64,000 nucleotides of DNA from contig CP089274.1 in assembly GCA_023920165.1 (NCBI GenBank), forward strand, positions 1,240,001 through 1,304,000. Reading direction: 5' to 3'. The notes under the pieces were generated by a model. That model made no database searches. It was not told where the DNA came from and worked only from the letters and a program-made list of their open reading frames with translations. Numbering within the stretch: the stretch's first letter is position 1; each line of letters begins with the position of its first letter. Shown one piece after another: positions 1-12,906 of this stretch. Origin of the DNA: Curvularia clavata (lineage: Eukaryota). The translations under genes and the position numbers were made by a program.

Positions 1-3000
1 GGCGGTGGCATCCAACACAGTGGCCTGGCGGAGCATCGCCTTCTGGTGGACCAGGGGGAGTAGGATCGATGTTCGGTGCACTGGTTGCGGTGGACACAGC
101 CTTTGTTGATTTGTCTGTTTTAGCCACGAATTTAGCTGCAGTTGCAGGATCCATGCCTTTAGGCTCAATGTCGATTTGTCCTTTTGCATGGCGGTGCTTT
201 GCCTGCGTTGCAGGAACGCCATCGTGACAAGGAATGACTTCAAACTTAACGCCGCGTTTCTGTCCAGATCGCAATGTGTCCATGCCAGCGGCTACCTCGC
301 CACGAAGCACACGTGCAACACCCTCGGAGATGGAGTATTGAATCTCGTATTCGCGGACCATGCGGCCAATGCCGTCTCGGAGGCCTTCGATTTCAAGTCC
401 TTCTGGGATGCGGCGCACAAGTTTGATAGGATCGATTGCTGTACCAACCTCTTCGAGAAGACCGCGGATGAAGTGCGGCTTGTCCATGGAGTACTCCAAT
501 AGATCATTCCAGAGGTCTGGGTCGTCTTGTTCCTTGGCGAACGAGATAGCAAAGCTGACATCGGAGAGCTTCTCGATGATGAGGTACAAGGCACGCTTTG
601 TTTGACCTGTCTTGGAGAGGATGTGTCTGATGAGAGTCAGTTATGCTATCGCAATGAAGTCAGTCGTGGTGAGCACTTACACAAGTTCTGGAATGTACTC
701 TCTCCTCTCACACTCTGCAGTGGCCTTGCTCAGATCGTAGCTCTGGGATTTGCGAAGGTATTCCATTAGCAGTGGTCGATCATACTCTGCGAATAGCTCA
801 ACGATAAGATCCGCAAATTCCTCCGCGACAAGCTTGCCGTCAGCCACCAAACGGTCTTCGGCCACCCGCTCTTTGGCTGTCTTGGCAGTTCGTTCATGCA
901 TTTCCGGCTTCCAAAGTTTTCGTAGATAGAAATGCAAAAAGGGTCTGAATGCTGGCCCTTTGGCTTGTAGTTGGCTCTCAACGTCGCTCGCTGGGATGGT
1001 GCCTCGACAGCCTTCCTCGACAAGAACATTGATGGCTTCTGCTGATGCCTCTTCCAACTCTTCCAATTTGGTTGACGCCGACTTCATCAGCTCTTTTGAG
1101 ACACCCATCATGATGAAGCCAGGGATATCGTCACGTACGGCTTCAACAAGATGGAAATCACGTATTAGCGTCATTGCTGCTTCGGCATTCTGTAGACGAA
1201 TATAGCAGCGCAGCGCCTCTCTTTGCCGACCGCTTGCCAGAAACAGTTTTGCCAGACCATCTTGTAATATGCGCCAATCCCTTCCTTGTACGTCGTCCTC
1301 AACAGACTCTTCAGTGACATCGCCAGCAGAAAGCTTGCTCTTGATAGCTTCAATGACACTGTTTATGTCAAAAAGATCGGGATCCCAATCCTCGAGCAAG
1401 TGCTTAAAGCGTATGCGATCGTGAATGATGTAGTGCCCAAGGATCACTTCATACACCATGGACGGGAGTGGCGGTTGTATCGGTTTCTTAGGGACATACG
1501 GCGAAATCTCGTTGAAATGATTCGTCTGGGCGAACTTCCACACCCAGTGTTCCCATCGCGCGGAATTTCCTAGCACGCGTCCAGCCACTTTACCCGCTTG
1601 TTTCCAATCGCCAGCACTGACCAGCTGCTGTACCCATAGGTCTCCGATTCGACGCTTTTCTTTCTCAACGGCTGAGTTCTGATTGGCTCTGGTTGCAGAC
1701 AGTGTCGTTTGCGAATCGTTGTCATCGGCGAAGAATTCGTGTAGGCTGCCCTGTTGCTTGACTGGCGTACCAGTATCAGAGGCGTCTGACGGCACTTGTA
1801 CGACCGATGCGATGATCTCAGGATGGTCCTCTAACAGCTCCCATGCATCTTTGTAGTTTTCATGCTCCAATTCCCATTGGAAGTGATCTGAGAGTTCTCG
1901 CTTGATGGCCAATACACAGTCATACGGACTTTGTATAAAGACCTTTAGACCGGCACTGGCAGCATTGGGATGTACTTGTGGTTGACGTTTTGAAGGTGTT
2001 GAACCAGAAACATTTCCAGCACTGGCTGAAGACATGGAAGGTGCCCTCGATGGCGGCTTGTCAGAGCCAATCTGGAGGTTCATTACGCTGGCTCCAGAGC
2101 TGAGTATGCGTGCTGCACTAGCACCAACATCCCATATTCCTCCCCCAATCGCTTCCAGTGCACTTCTCTGCGCTGGAGTCATTGTCTTCGGGTGCGGCAC
2201 GTATAGCGTGCCCAAATGGTAGTCGGCAGCTGAAAGGCTTTCATATCTACTGACGGTTAAAGAATCCACTTCAACCTCATCCGATGTCGCAGCATCTATG
2301 AGTTTGAGCTCTGGAGAGAGACCATTTGTGCGACGATGTCTTCCGCGAGGAGTTGTATCTGGCCCAGAGACAGGGTTGTCATCATCATCGCGCGTCCGGT
2401 ATGCAAGAACAAGAAGTAAAGAAGGGGTATAAAGCGAAATGCCAGAAACAATACAGTCGTCGAAATGAATGCTGCATGAATGTTAGAGACGTTTGATAAT
2501 CGATGTTAAGGACAACATACCAGCGGATGACATCGGCACTTCCAACCGATCTTTCACCCACATTACGGCCAACACCAGCGTCTCCAGGGCGCACGTGAAC
2601 GATCCAAGCAGTGTCACCCCATCCTATGATGAGTTTCTCGATGTTCTTCTTTTGCTCTCCTTTGGCGGGTTGGGAAGATCGGTTGTGTGGAAGCGTAGCA
2701 TCAGTTTTATCCGCAAGGTGATGTCCATTCATACTCATGATAGCATCGTCATCAGACTCGAGCGACTGGTCGTCAATCCATTCTATACGTGGCTTCCATA
2801 CGGTGGCCATGTCCTGCCATATGCGACGGTTTGGTTTCTCGACAATTCCGATTCTTTTCCAGGCATCATCTGAATCTGCGCTATCCAGATGAAGGTCGGT
2901 TCTCATGAGACGGATGCCATGTTCGTTGGCCCATGCGACAAATTTTCCAGATAGCGACCACTTGATGGCAGTGATTGTACCTTCTCCTGAATGCAAAATC

Positions 3001-3952
3001 GTGTCTCTGCCCCCATGCCCACCAAGGCCAATTGCTCCGAGCCATCCGTGCGCTGCCTGTGATGCCGCACTAGTGTTGGCATTGGATCGCACACCTATTG
3101 GGCCACCAACTGTGTGGATTAGCTCACCAGCTAGTCCTCCTGACAAGTACGACCGGTCATTTTTGTAGTCGGGCGAAAGCGCTACGGCCTGTACTGGGCG
3201 GCCAAAATTGCGTAGCGTGACATCCTTGGGGTCCACGAGCGACGAAACACAAACATGGCCGTCTATGGAAGAAGAGGCAATATAAATCTGGTTCGAAGGA
3301 GTGGCTGGGACTTGAGCCTGGCGTGGTGCGCGAGGAGACGAAGTATTGCCTGCTGGTGAGTCTGTCCGTCGAGATGCGTTCGCCTGGTCGGCCGACCTCA
3401 GATCCGAGACTGTAGGTACAAAAGGCTGAGAAGCAAGCAGCGGCGACACTGACAGTGCCGTGACTGAGGCAGCAGGGTGTGCGTTGTAGGTGCGCAAGAT
3501 TTGGAACGATGGTATGTTCAATGCGTGCTACCCAGGTTAGTATGGCGGCGCGGAGATGGACAAGTCTGAGAGACTTACGATGTTACCATTGTGGGTACCT
3601 ATAATCTGCATACATACACATATAGTCTTAGCATATGGCCTACAGCGTGCAAGTGATACTCATGCACTTGGGGAGCTTGGAGCTATGACCGTACCATCTT
3701 GTCCCCCGCGACTATGAAGGTAGCTGTCGCGTCGCCGTTACGGTAGACAGGACCCAGATCTCTGGTGAGGCGACTGTACTTGAGCTTGGGCTCCTCGTCG
3801 ATATCGTCTTCTTCATCGTCGTCGTCGTTGTCATCATCCTGGGTGTCGGAGTCCGGCTCGACGCTTTCTTGGGCTTCGCTGGCGGCCTTTTCGAGGCGGG
3901 ACTCGTCGCGCGCCCGCGTGTGCGCATCTTCGTCGGTGTTTTCCGCAGCCAT
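1..3952 (-). CDS. VPS41: HOPS complex subunit Vps41 (3' end runs off the window)
   Basis: Acidic N-terminus followed by EEPKLKYSRL, then WD-like motifs (IGTHNGNI, IASSSIDGHV, AVALSPDY, AIKWS) and a clathrin-repeat-like C-terminal part. Introns inferred at 3606-3694, 3528-3578, 2472-2520 and 627-680 (GT..CTAAC/CTGAC-like..AG); the exons join in frame. Confidence 0.93.
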
Positions 3953-4210
3953 GCTGGCGGCATGAGCTGCGGCAGGCGTACAAAAAACGTAGGAGACGCT
4001 CCAGGCGCGCCGAGGGTGGAGAGTTGCGAGGTTGACTACAGCCCTGTCGATCTAGCCCTATGATGCCGGCCAAGGCGATTCCCGCGGACTTTGCCAGGGT
4101 CTATGCTTCTCCTCCGCACTGCTCCACACAACCTAGATGGAGAATGTTTCCTTGTCGACCTTGGGCGCTTCCCTGCTCGAAACTATGTCTGAGGCATTCC
4201 CGTACTGGCG

Positions 4211-5596
4211 ATGACGAGTATTCGACCCTCCTTGTTCCCAAGCCTGACACGATGTCTTGCTCCCACTGCACGTCTGCCACGTAAATTCCGGCCCACCCTG
4301 CCGCAATTGCCCTTCTCCGCAAAAAGGCCGCTGTCGTCGACACAAGCATACAGCAAGAAGACCGACGTCGCACCAAAGCACGATGATACAACAGGTAAAG
4401 AGGAATTGCTGAGAGAGAGCCAAGGCAAGGCAGATCGCAAGACCGCTCGCAAAAATGCTGGCAAGACGTCGTTGCGAAGCGTGGCGGTTGAAGCGCAGAG
4501 ATCGAGAGCTTTTGTCAAGTCTAGAGGACGGACGCGCTTCATTGATCCTGACGCCCAGACAAAAACTGTCACCGCATACTGCGCCGCCGAGACGTACGAT
4601 ATATCTGCCGCCGCCCGGCTCGTCAAGGCCCAGGGCTACGAGCTCGACCCATTCCAGACGGGCTTATATCCCCAAGTGATACACGTACAAACATCAGACC
4701 GACCCTCCGAAGTCAAGGACTTCCAGCAAGGCGATATATTCATCTTCCCGTCTGGCACAGTCGTAACATGGAATGTTCGGGAAAGAGAGGCCCTGAAACT
4801 TGTCAATCAAGTGTTACCAGCCGCAGCCGAAGGATCGCATCTTGACCTCCTTGAGACAGAAGACCTGGACTTCCTCGAAGATCCTAGCAAAGAGTCGAGC
4901 GAAGTCGTCGGTGACACTATTGTCCTAGGCACAAAAGCTGAAGCACCCTCTGACAATGTCTCAACCTCCCAAGTCGACGAGTCCGACCAACAGCGTCATG
5001 AAGTTGACACCATTCTCGCCAAAATTGCCTTCTCGTCTGGCCTTGCCCGCAGTACCAAGCTTGCGGTCCTAGAAACTCTATTGTCAGCCTACCAACACTC
5101 GACCCGCGACATACCCACCATGCTTGCCTCATCCAAAACCTTTTCCCCTCGTCGTAGCGCCCCTTTCACGCGCTCTTTCATCCTGCGCAAAACAGGCGAA
5201 CTACTCTCGCTACGTGCTCAGCTGAACCTCTACTCGGAGCTGACAGACTCCATGCCCGACATTTTCTGGGACTCGCGGCACGAGCTTGGGCTGGGAGAGT
5301 ACTATGATCAGGTGGGCCGTGCACTCGACGTGGGCGTTCGCATCAAAGTGCTGAATGACAAGATTGGGTTTGCCCAAGAAATCGCAAGCGTGCTGCGAGA
5401 GCAGTTGAGTGAGAAACACGGGTTACGGCTCGAATGGGCTATCATCGCCCTCATTGCTGTTGAGGTCGTGCTTGAATTTCATCGCCATTGGGACGAGCGC
5501 AGGGACAGAGATGATCCTGAGAGTACTGAAGCTTTGCTGAGAAGGTACTTGGAGGACTTGACCCAGGAGAAGAAAGCACAAGCTAGAACACAATGA
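4211..5596 (+). CDS. DUF155 / RMD1-RMND1 family protein, probably mitochondrial
   Basis: 461-aa intronless ORF with an Arg/Ser-rich presequence-like N-terminus, motifs AYCAAETYD, FIFPSGTVVTWN, AFSSGLARSTKL and a C-terminal LEWAIIALIAVEV TM segment typical of DUF155. Confidence 0.88.
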   Translation: MTSIRPSLFPSLTRCLAPTARLPRKFRPTLPQLPFSAKRPLSSTQAYSKKTDVAPKHDDTTGKEELLRESQGKADRKTARKNAGKTSLRSVAVEAQRSRAFVKSRGRTRFIDPDAQTKTVTAYCAAETYDISAAARLVKAQGYELDPFQTGLYPQVIHVQTSDRPSEVKDFQQGDIFIFPSGTVVTWNVREREALKLVNQVLPAAAEGSHLDLLETEDLDFLEDPSKESSEVVGDTIVLGTKAEAPSDNVSTSQVDESDQQRHEVDTILAKIAFSSGLARSTKLAVLETLLSAYQHSTRDIPTMLASSKTFSPRRSAPFTRSFILRKTGELLSLRAQLNLYSELTDSMPDIFWDSRHELGLGEYYDQVGRALDVGVRIKVLNDKIGFAQEIASVLREQLSEKHGLRLEWAIIALIAVEVVLEFHRHWDERRDRDDPESTEALLRRYLEDLTQEKKAQARTQ

Positions 5597-5761
5597 CGAC
5601 GGGCATGGTAAATTATAGAGCAAAAAAACAATGATACCCCACTCAAATCAAGACGAACGTCGCTTCTGACGAATTTCATTTCAACACAAAGGAAAAATGT
5701 CTTGGGTTTCTAGTGACCGTAGAGCAGTACATGGGCTTAAATATTTACAAAGCTCGCTTGT

Positions 5762-7090
5762 CTATTGGTCATCAATGACGTGCAGATACTTCTTCTCTTC
5801 CCTTTTCTCCTTCTCGCTCATTGGCGGCAGATCGTAGTAACTCGAGCTTCGGTATCCCTTGAGGTACTCGAAAGTCATGCTCTTCAGCTCAACAGGCTCG
5901 ATGTCCAAGTCCTTGAACGTCTTAGCATTCCTGTCAATAACCTGGTCAATGAACTCCCGCTCAACCTCATCGGCTGAGTGGATGGGCCACCAAAGGAGTT
6001 TGTTCGCATAGTGGGCGATGGGCTTGAGGATGCGCTTGGGAACATTGACGTGGCGGCGCGGCTTCATGACCTCCTTCTCCACAAGCTCGTTGATCTCGGC
6101 CATGGAGTACTCGGTAGGGCCGTAGAGTTCGAATGTCTCAGCGGCGGTGGTGTCGTCGTGGAGCATGCGCTCAAGAGCCATGCCAACGTCGATGACATGA
6201 ACCGGGCGGATACGCTCCTCGAGGTTGTTGGAGGTGATGATGTTCGTAGGAGAAGCGAGACGGTGGAGAAGACGGTCCTCAAACCCGAACATTGGCGCAG
6301 GTCGGACAATAGTGGTCTCTGGGTAAATAGAACGGGCTACCTGCTCACCCTTGGCCTTGGTGCGGTAGAACTCGGATGGAGAGTCGAGCTGGGCGCTGTG
6401 CGAAGAGACGTGAACAAATCGATCAATGTCGTATTTGGCAACGGCATCCACGATGCGTTCTGTTCCGTGAACGTGTACATCCTCCAGGTCGAAGTTCTTA
6501 GTGGGGTAGTCACGGCCAATAAGGTTGTAGACAATGTCAGAGTGTCGCACGCTCTCTTCAATAGACGCAGTGTTGCGGAGATCCATCTCCATGAAGATGA
6601 CTCTGCCCAGATCTCCAGCGACCTTCAGATGACGCTTCGCCATCTCCTCCCGAAAAGGCACAATCACGGTGCATCCTGAACGAGCTGTACCCTTTTGTTA
6701 GCGCGACACGACCCGGCATATTTTCTTCTGCGTGGACTATGGCGTACCGAGTCTGTTCACGATGTATCTTCCAAGGAAGCCAGTGGCTCCGAAGACCGTC
6801 GCGGTGTATCCTGCAAGAGTGTGAGTGGGTCGTTTAGGGTGCGGGTTCGGGTTGCAACACACCTCCGAGTGAGGATCGACCACCGGAAACAGTGAGAATG
6901 GGTTTGCCAGTCCTGTGTATCTGTCAGCGCCTCGTTTGCGCGTAGTGCAGGGTGATATATCTGACCTGGTAATCCTGACATCCGAGTTGAGCTGTTGCCG
7001 GCAGACGGAGGTGGAGAAGCTGGCTACGCGCTTGGAAGGCAATTGAGCCGACAGCGCCACTGGCGACCGAGCGCAGCGGAGTGGCAGCAT
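5762..7090 (-). CDS. NDUFA9: NADH:ubiquinone oxidoreductase 39/40 kDa subunit (NDUFA9 family)
   Basis: Presequence MLPLRCARSP, then GGRSSLGG and TATVFGATGFLGRYIVNRL (Rossmann), RHLKVAGDLG and YPTKNF. Three short 5' introns between ~6690 and 6970. Confidence 0.95.
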
Positions 7091-7344
7091 AGTTGCGGCG
7101 TTCAATGGCTGCTGAGATGTCGAATAAAGCTGCTTGCGAAGTAGCTGGGATGAAGGGACGTCGGTGGTGCTGAGGCTTGGCGCCATGCGCTAATCGTAGC
7201 TGCCGCCGCAACGCCATCAGAGCATCGGCATCCCGCACTCAAACATACACGCCGCTCTCGTGCTCCGCCACAATACCACCACTGCTCTTTGGATCTGCCT
7301 GTCATACTACTTCACACATAAATCACTGCAGACTCCTCACAACC

Positions 7345-8543
7345 ATGGCCATGGATACAGATGCTATCCCGAACCTTCTGGGCGACGCGCGGGACGAGGC
7401 ACCGGAGGAGCTACAGGAATACTTCATCGCCTTTGAGGACTTTTGGGAGCGAAAGCTATGGCATGAACTGACAGACAAGCTTATCGAGTTCTTCGACCAT
7501 CCCGGCAGTGCAAAGCAGCGGATACCATTCTTCGAGAACTTCATCAAGACCTTTGCCAACAAGATCAACCAGCTCAAGCTCGTCACCCTGGGCCTGAACG
7601 CTGCATCACAATACCAGGGTAGGTAGAAACAACTGAGTATTGATGAGTTGTGCTGACTTTGGCAGATGACAAGGAGCGCCTCACATTCGTCAATGAACTC
7701 GCAAAGAGCGTCAACAAGCCAGCCTCACAAGATGCCTACGTATACGCCACAGTCGCTGCCGCCAGCATACAGCTACGGTTACGGGATGAGGAGGGTGCCA
7801 AGAAGAAGCTCGACGAGTGTGAGCAGATAATCGACCAATTCGACTCAGTAGAGACTATCGTTCATGCATCGTTCTACCGTGCAAGCGCAGAGTACTACAA
7901 GTCGAAGCACGAGTTCGCCGCATACTACAAGAACGCCCTGCTCTTCCTTGCTTGTGTCGACCTCAACGACCTCGAGCTCCGCGAGCGCCAGTCTCGCGCT
8001 TATGACCTCAGTATCGCTGCACTCGTCTCAGACTCCATCTACAACTTCGGAGAGCTGCTACTACACCCCATCCTCGACTCGCTGGTCAACACCCCACATG
8101 CGTGGCTGCGCGATCTTCTGTTCGCTTTCAACCGGGGCGACCTGATGGCCTACGATGTGCTCTCGAATAACATTACCAAGGTCCCACTTCTCAAAGAGCA
8201 CCAGACCTTCCTTTACCAGAAGATTTCCCTCTCTGCCCTTACAGAGACCGTCTTCCGTCGCCCACCACACGACCGCGCTATGACCTTTTCCGAAATCTCA
8301 CAAGAGACCAAGGTACAGCCTAACGAGATCGAGCATCTTATCATGAAGGCGCTGAGCTTGGGCTTGTTGAAGGGTCAGATTGACCAGGTCGCAGAGATTG
8401 CCCGCATCAACTGGGTACAACCGAAAGTGTTGGATATGAAGCAGATTGAGGGTATGAGGACACGACTCAAGGAGTGGGACGCCAGTGTCAACCAGCTAGG
8501 CAACTGGATCGAAGGCGTGGGTAAGGACGTATGGGCCGCTTAG
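7345..8543 (+). CDS. RPN9: 26S proteasome lid subunit Rpn9 (PCI domain)
   Basis: FWERKLWHELT, IYNFGELLLHPIL, EHLIMKALSLGLLKGQIDQV and WVQPKVLD. One intron at 7619-7665. Confidence 0.95.
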
Positions 8544-8833
8544 ACATGGGACACCCCAGCTTGTCGTACCCATCCGAAATCGTCTTGGGAAAAAAGGACG
8601 GTATTCAATGCCATTGAGGCGTGACGTCTCACAAGGAGGAGCATATACTATGTAATCATAGATAATCTTCGTTAGTGTCTGACACGATTGACGAACGAAA
8701 GGACTGATCATGACACCATCATTGCGTCTTCTGATTTTGCATAATATTGGTGACATCTACTTTACACTAATGGATGACAGTTTGTATGCAAACACATTTT
8801 TCCTTTGGTTCGCCTCACAGCCATTTCTCCTGA

Positions 8834-10934
8834 TTAATCCCACATACCCGTTGCAACAACAATGGCACCCACTAACCATGCAGGGAACCAAACCAACCAA
8901 AAGACGACCTGCGTCCACATACCCCAGACATGCCAGCCAATAGCACTTTGCATCAATACCTCTAACAGACTCGCACCCAGCACCTTTGTCCCTGTTTGCA
9001 CAACCAAAACGGGGTTCAGCAGCGCCAGAACAAGTAGCTGTACAGCTGTGCCACGGCTGCTTGCGCTCTTGCGGACAAAACTCAAAGGAACACAGGCTAC
9101 ACCTACAATAACGCTGAGCGAGAAGTTGAGCGTGGCTAGCGCAGCAAGGAACATGCCTAGCAGTAGTAGGGAGAAACACTGGAGGAGGCAAAGGGCTTGG
9201 GCCGAGAGGATTTCAGGATCAGACCAGTTGAAGAGGAACGTGACAGCAATGGGGAGGAGCGTGGTCACGTTACAGGCTGTGATGAAGAGACCCGGAAGGT
9301 GGTCTGCGTCCCAGTTGCTGAAGAGGTGTAGTGGGATGAGGCCAGTTGCATGGGCGGCTAACACAAGGACGAGGGGGAGGAGCAGGTGGCGCTCTGTTAT
9401 TTCTGTAGAGGCGGCTGGAACAAGAGCGACAGAGCCGTCTTTCTCGATGAGCTTGGTGGCGGGTTCAGACTTCTTGCTTGTGCCGTCCTTCTTAGGCTCT
9501 TCCTTCTTAGGCTCTTCCTTGGGCTCTTCTTTTTCTGGTTCCTCCTTCTCGAGACCAGACTTTTCGGCCGAGTCAGACTTGGAATCAGTAGAGGTGGGCT
9601 TGATAGGCTTGGAAGGCTTAGTAGGCTTGGTGGCTGCGGGATTGCGAACAGGCTTCGAAACCCGTCCACTCTTGACCCATAGCGCCATTGCGGTAATAGT
9701 AAAGTTAATGGCGATCATCATGGCAGATGGCAGGTATGTGCCGATACTGACAAAACGCTTGTCTTCCAAGAGGAGATAGAAGAAGAAACTCTGGTGAAAG
9801 TGCTCGAGAAGGTTGTTCAAGCTTCGGAATAGCGATTCGATGGTCTTTCCAAGTGACATCTCATCATGCCAGCCATTTCCAACTGTCACCAACGTAATAG
9901 CGTCGACATGATAGGGAATAAACGATGAATGAGGCCCAGTCGCGTGACCAAGGCCCTGCGAGAGCATGCCTCGAAGCATCGTGTGCAGGCGATCTTTGTA
10001 CGAATTGCTGTGGTCCCACATGCGCTGGATAACGCAATTAATGCCTAATTGGCCAGATGCAATTTGAACAGCCGTGTTGATCAGATCGAGGTTGGGAAGC
10101 TGGCCATTGATACCATCGTATACGACATGTAGTTTGTCATAGCGGTGGCCCCATGGCCCAGCAGGATAATCGACTGCGACAGCACCCTGCAACGCGCCGC
10201 TCTTGATCTTGAGGCCCTCGACATATTGCTTATCATGTGCCTCATGGTATGCATCAACCCAAGCCTGTGATCCGATGGTGCTGTCTCCAGGAATGAGGAA
10301 GATGATGTCCTTGCTCCATAGACTCCAGCGCTTAAAGTAGCGTGCTAGTGTAAGAACCAGTGCGACACCCGAGTTGTTGAGCTCGTCGTCCATGTTTGTC
10401 CAGGCTCCAATTAGCACAACAGCTTCGGTGGCGTCGGCGCGAGGTCCTTGTAGGATAGCATAAACGTTTTCATTTGCGATTGTGCGGTTTGAGATGGTGT
10501 AGTTGTAATGCTGGGTTGCGACCTTGAGGTTCTGTTCGCGGAAAATGGCTTCGAGCTTCTGAGATCGCCTTTGGCACAATTAGCTTTCTTGGTGTGTTCA
10601 TTGAACCGAGTCCACCTACTCTGCCGCAGGGCTGTCTTTCAGGGCATGGACCTCATGGCGATAGGCACGGAAGACATTGTGCTCGCTACCAGTAAAGTAC
10701 GTGTGTACTTGTCCAGGAAGCAGCGCATTCTCTGATATGTACGTCCTCCGCGAGTATTCGTTCAATGGAAGCACCAGCAGCCACCCTATGCCGACAATTA
10801 TCAGGAGCGCAGAGAGGTAAGGCGGTAGTTTGAGCAGGCGTTTATCTTGCCGGAGCGCCAGTAACGATGCTTCATATGTTAGCCAAGACCCCTCATATAT
10901 CTTGCGAATCGCGGTGCTTACAGAGCAATGCCAT
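8834..10934 (-). CDS. GAA1: GPI transamidase component Gaa1
   Basis: TYISENALLPGQV, PRADATEA, WSKDIIFL, NGQLPNLDL, RSLNNLLEHFHQSFFFYLL and multiple C-terminal TMs. Introns at 10870-10921 and 10569-10619. Confidence 0.95.
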
Positions 10935-11180
10935 GGTGACCTCTCAATCGTACCTCGTGTGAGAGAAGAGAAAGCAGGAAAAGCAGGAAAGTAAAAAGGA
11001 GTCGTGTCCTTCTCTTCAGCCCAGCATTCCAAGCAATCCGTCTGGGAAGGTGGTCCAGTCGATTGCGGGAGGATGCACTAGCGCAACGCGGCGCTGGACC
11101 CTAGTCTCATACTTATCTCGTGTCCGTTCGTTCGACCGCGCAGTAGCAGCAGCAGCAAGCAGCAACAACGCGCTCCGACC

Positions 11181-12343
11181 ATGCCCGCGCCTTCGCTGCC
11201 CCAGTTCAACCCTGCGCGCTTACGCTCCTATATCTTGCGCCTACCTTTCTGTACCAAGGTCGTAGTCGCAGCTATTGTCGGATTATGGGTCGCGACGATC
11301 CCATTTCCCTGGATTAGGGACGTTGGGCGCTTGGAGCCGGCGAAGATGGACTTGACGCAGAGTATGTGGTTTTTCCCGATTACCGTCCGAGGAATATAGA
11401 TCGCAGTCGCTTGTACGAATGCCCCAGATTGCGGTGCTTCCGAAGCCCGTGGGTTGGATTTGACAACGAGGAATTCACAGGGCTTATGCGGGACGTTCAT
11501 TCCGGCATAAAAGAGATGGGACATGGCACAACGCTTCTGAAATAGTCTGGATAATGTACTAACAGTTCATGTGCATAGTGCACCGACTCAACCTGTTTCC
11601 CGTCTTACATTTGAACTTCTTCCACATGATGTTCAACCTTCTCGCCGTCACGCCACTCATTGAACGCTTCGAATCGGAATACGGAACACTGGTCACACTG
11701 GCACTGTTTACTGGGCGTAAGGAACACCAATAACGGTTTAAATAAGTATAAATGCTGACCAAATGGTAGCTTTTGGAACGATACCTGGAGGAGTATATAC
11801 ATTGCTAGAGAAGTTTGTTCTGAGAAGCAATACTGCTGTCATGGGCGCAAGGTATATGCATGAAACTATGGGAAATGCTGTAATTGAATACTAACTCAAG
11901 GCAGTGTATGGGTATTCCTCTTACTCTCTGCTGAAGCCATGAAGACACAGAAGACAAATCCGTTCTTTAGGTACATCAACATTCTTCATCTTCTGTCTTG
12001 CAATGACTAATATCTTGCTAGTGTTGGGCCTTACAAGATTCCCACTTGGACAACTCCACTCATCCTCATTGTCCTGACTAGCATCCTTGTCCCGTATGTC
12101 AGCTTGGTCGGCCATCTCTGCGGTGCAGGTCTTGGCTACCTCTGGGCTACCGGATATATCAAATTTCTCGTACCGCACGAGAAGATCCTAAGGTGGATTG
12201 AAACAAAACTGAACTTGCTGGGGCGGCTCCCGCACTATGTTAGTGTAGATCAGAAGACATATGGACGGTATGGTGTCCTGCCGACAACGAGCATCCCGTT
12301 GGGCCCTAGGAGTCCAGATATTGGGCAGCGCCTTGGCCCGTAG
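11181..12343 (+). CDS. RBD2: Rhomboid protease, Rbd2/RbdB type
   Basis: HLNFFHMMFN, ERFESEYGT, catalytic GAS (Ser codon split by an intron) and GHLCG. Four introns; the first is 11362-11578. Confidence 0.9.
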
Positions 12344-12784
12344 TGGACAGAACGAAAATCGATTTTGGAGATGGAACGCTTGGTTGTTGTTTTTGCATTG
12401 AGTATGGAGTTTACGCTACAGAGGAGCGCAAAAGTCGTTCTTTCTAAAGACAGCCGTGACACATGCCACTGGGGTTCTTGTACATATAGAGTCAATGTGC
12501 TATGAAATAATTTGTAATATTCCTCAAGTAGAGACTTCCACCACCCCTTCACTGAAATCCTCAGCAAGCCTGTTCCTCGTTTCTTGCCATGATTTTGCGG
12601 ATCTTGCTACTAGCTTCGATCTGCCCCTCATCTGCAAGGTCTTCTTCTGCCCCACCTACCCAATTTCTACTCACAAATCTCTATTGCAACTGACAAGTGG
12701 AATATGTGTCAAAAATTGGGATTATGAATGATTACATTGAAAAAGCATCCATCAATCAACTCCAACTCAGGCTTAGCTTGAATC

Positions 12785-12889
12785 GTCTCGTTGGTGTAGT
12801 TGGTTATCACGTGGGTCTCATATCATCACATATGACTACTAAAAATAGTGGATATCCCAAGGCCGCCAGTTCGAGTCTGGCACGGGACA
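12785..12889 (+). tRNA. tRNA-Met(CAT), elongator type, with a 31-nt intron (12823-12853)
   Basis: Acceptor stem GTCTCGT/ACGGGAC; D-arm GTGT-AGTTGGTTA-TCAC; anticodon arm TGGGT-CTCATA^A-TCCCA with the U31:U39 mismatch seen in fungal elongator Met; T-arm GCCAG-TTCGAGT-CTGGC. The intron contains ATATGA, complementary to the anticodon region. Confidence 0.93.
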
Positions 12890-12898
12890 ACAGCTTCA

Positions 12899-12906
12899 TT
12901 TTTTTT
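12899..12906 (+). terminator. Pol III oligo-dT terminator of the tRNA
   Basis: T8 run 10 nt downstream of the tRNA 3' end. Confidence 0.75.

Noticed and set aside
8862..9779. 305-aa + strand ORF
   Set aside because: Antisense shadow of GAA1's low-complexity, codon-biased region.
11532..11560. TPP-riboswitch-like words (CTGAAAT, CTGGATAATG) in the rhomboid intron
   Set aside because: The intervening P2/P4 segment and the following CCAGCGAAAG are missing, the motif runs into the branch point, and the gene is unrelated to thiamine.
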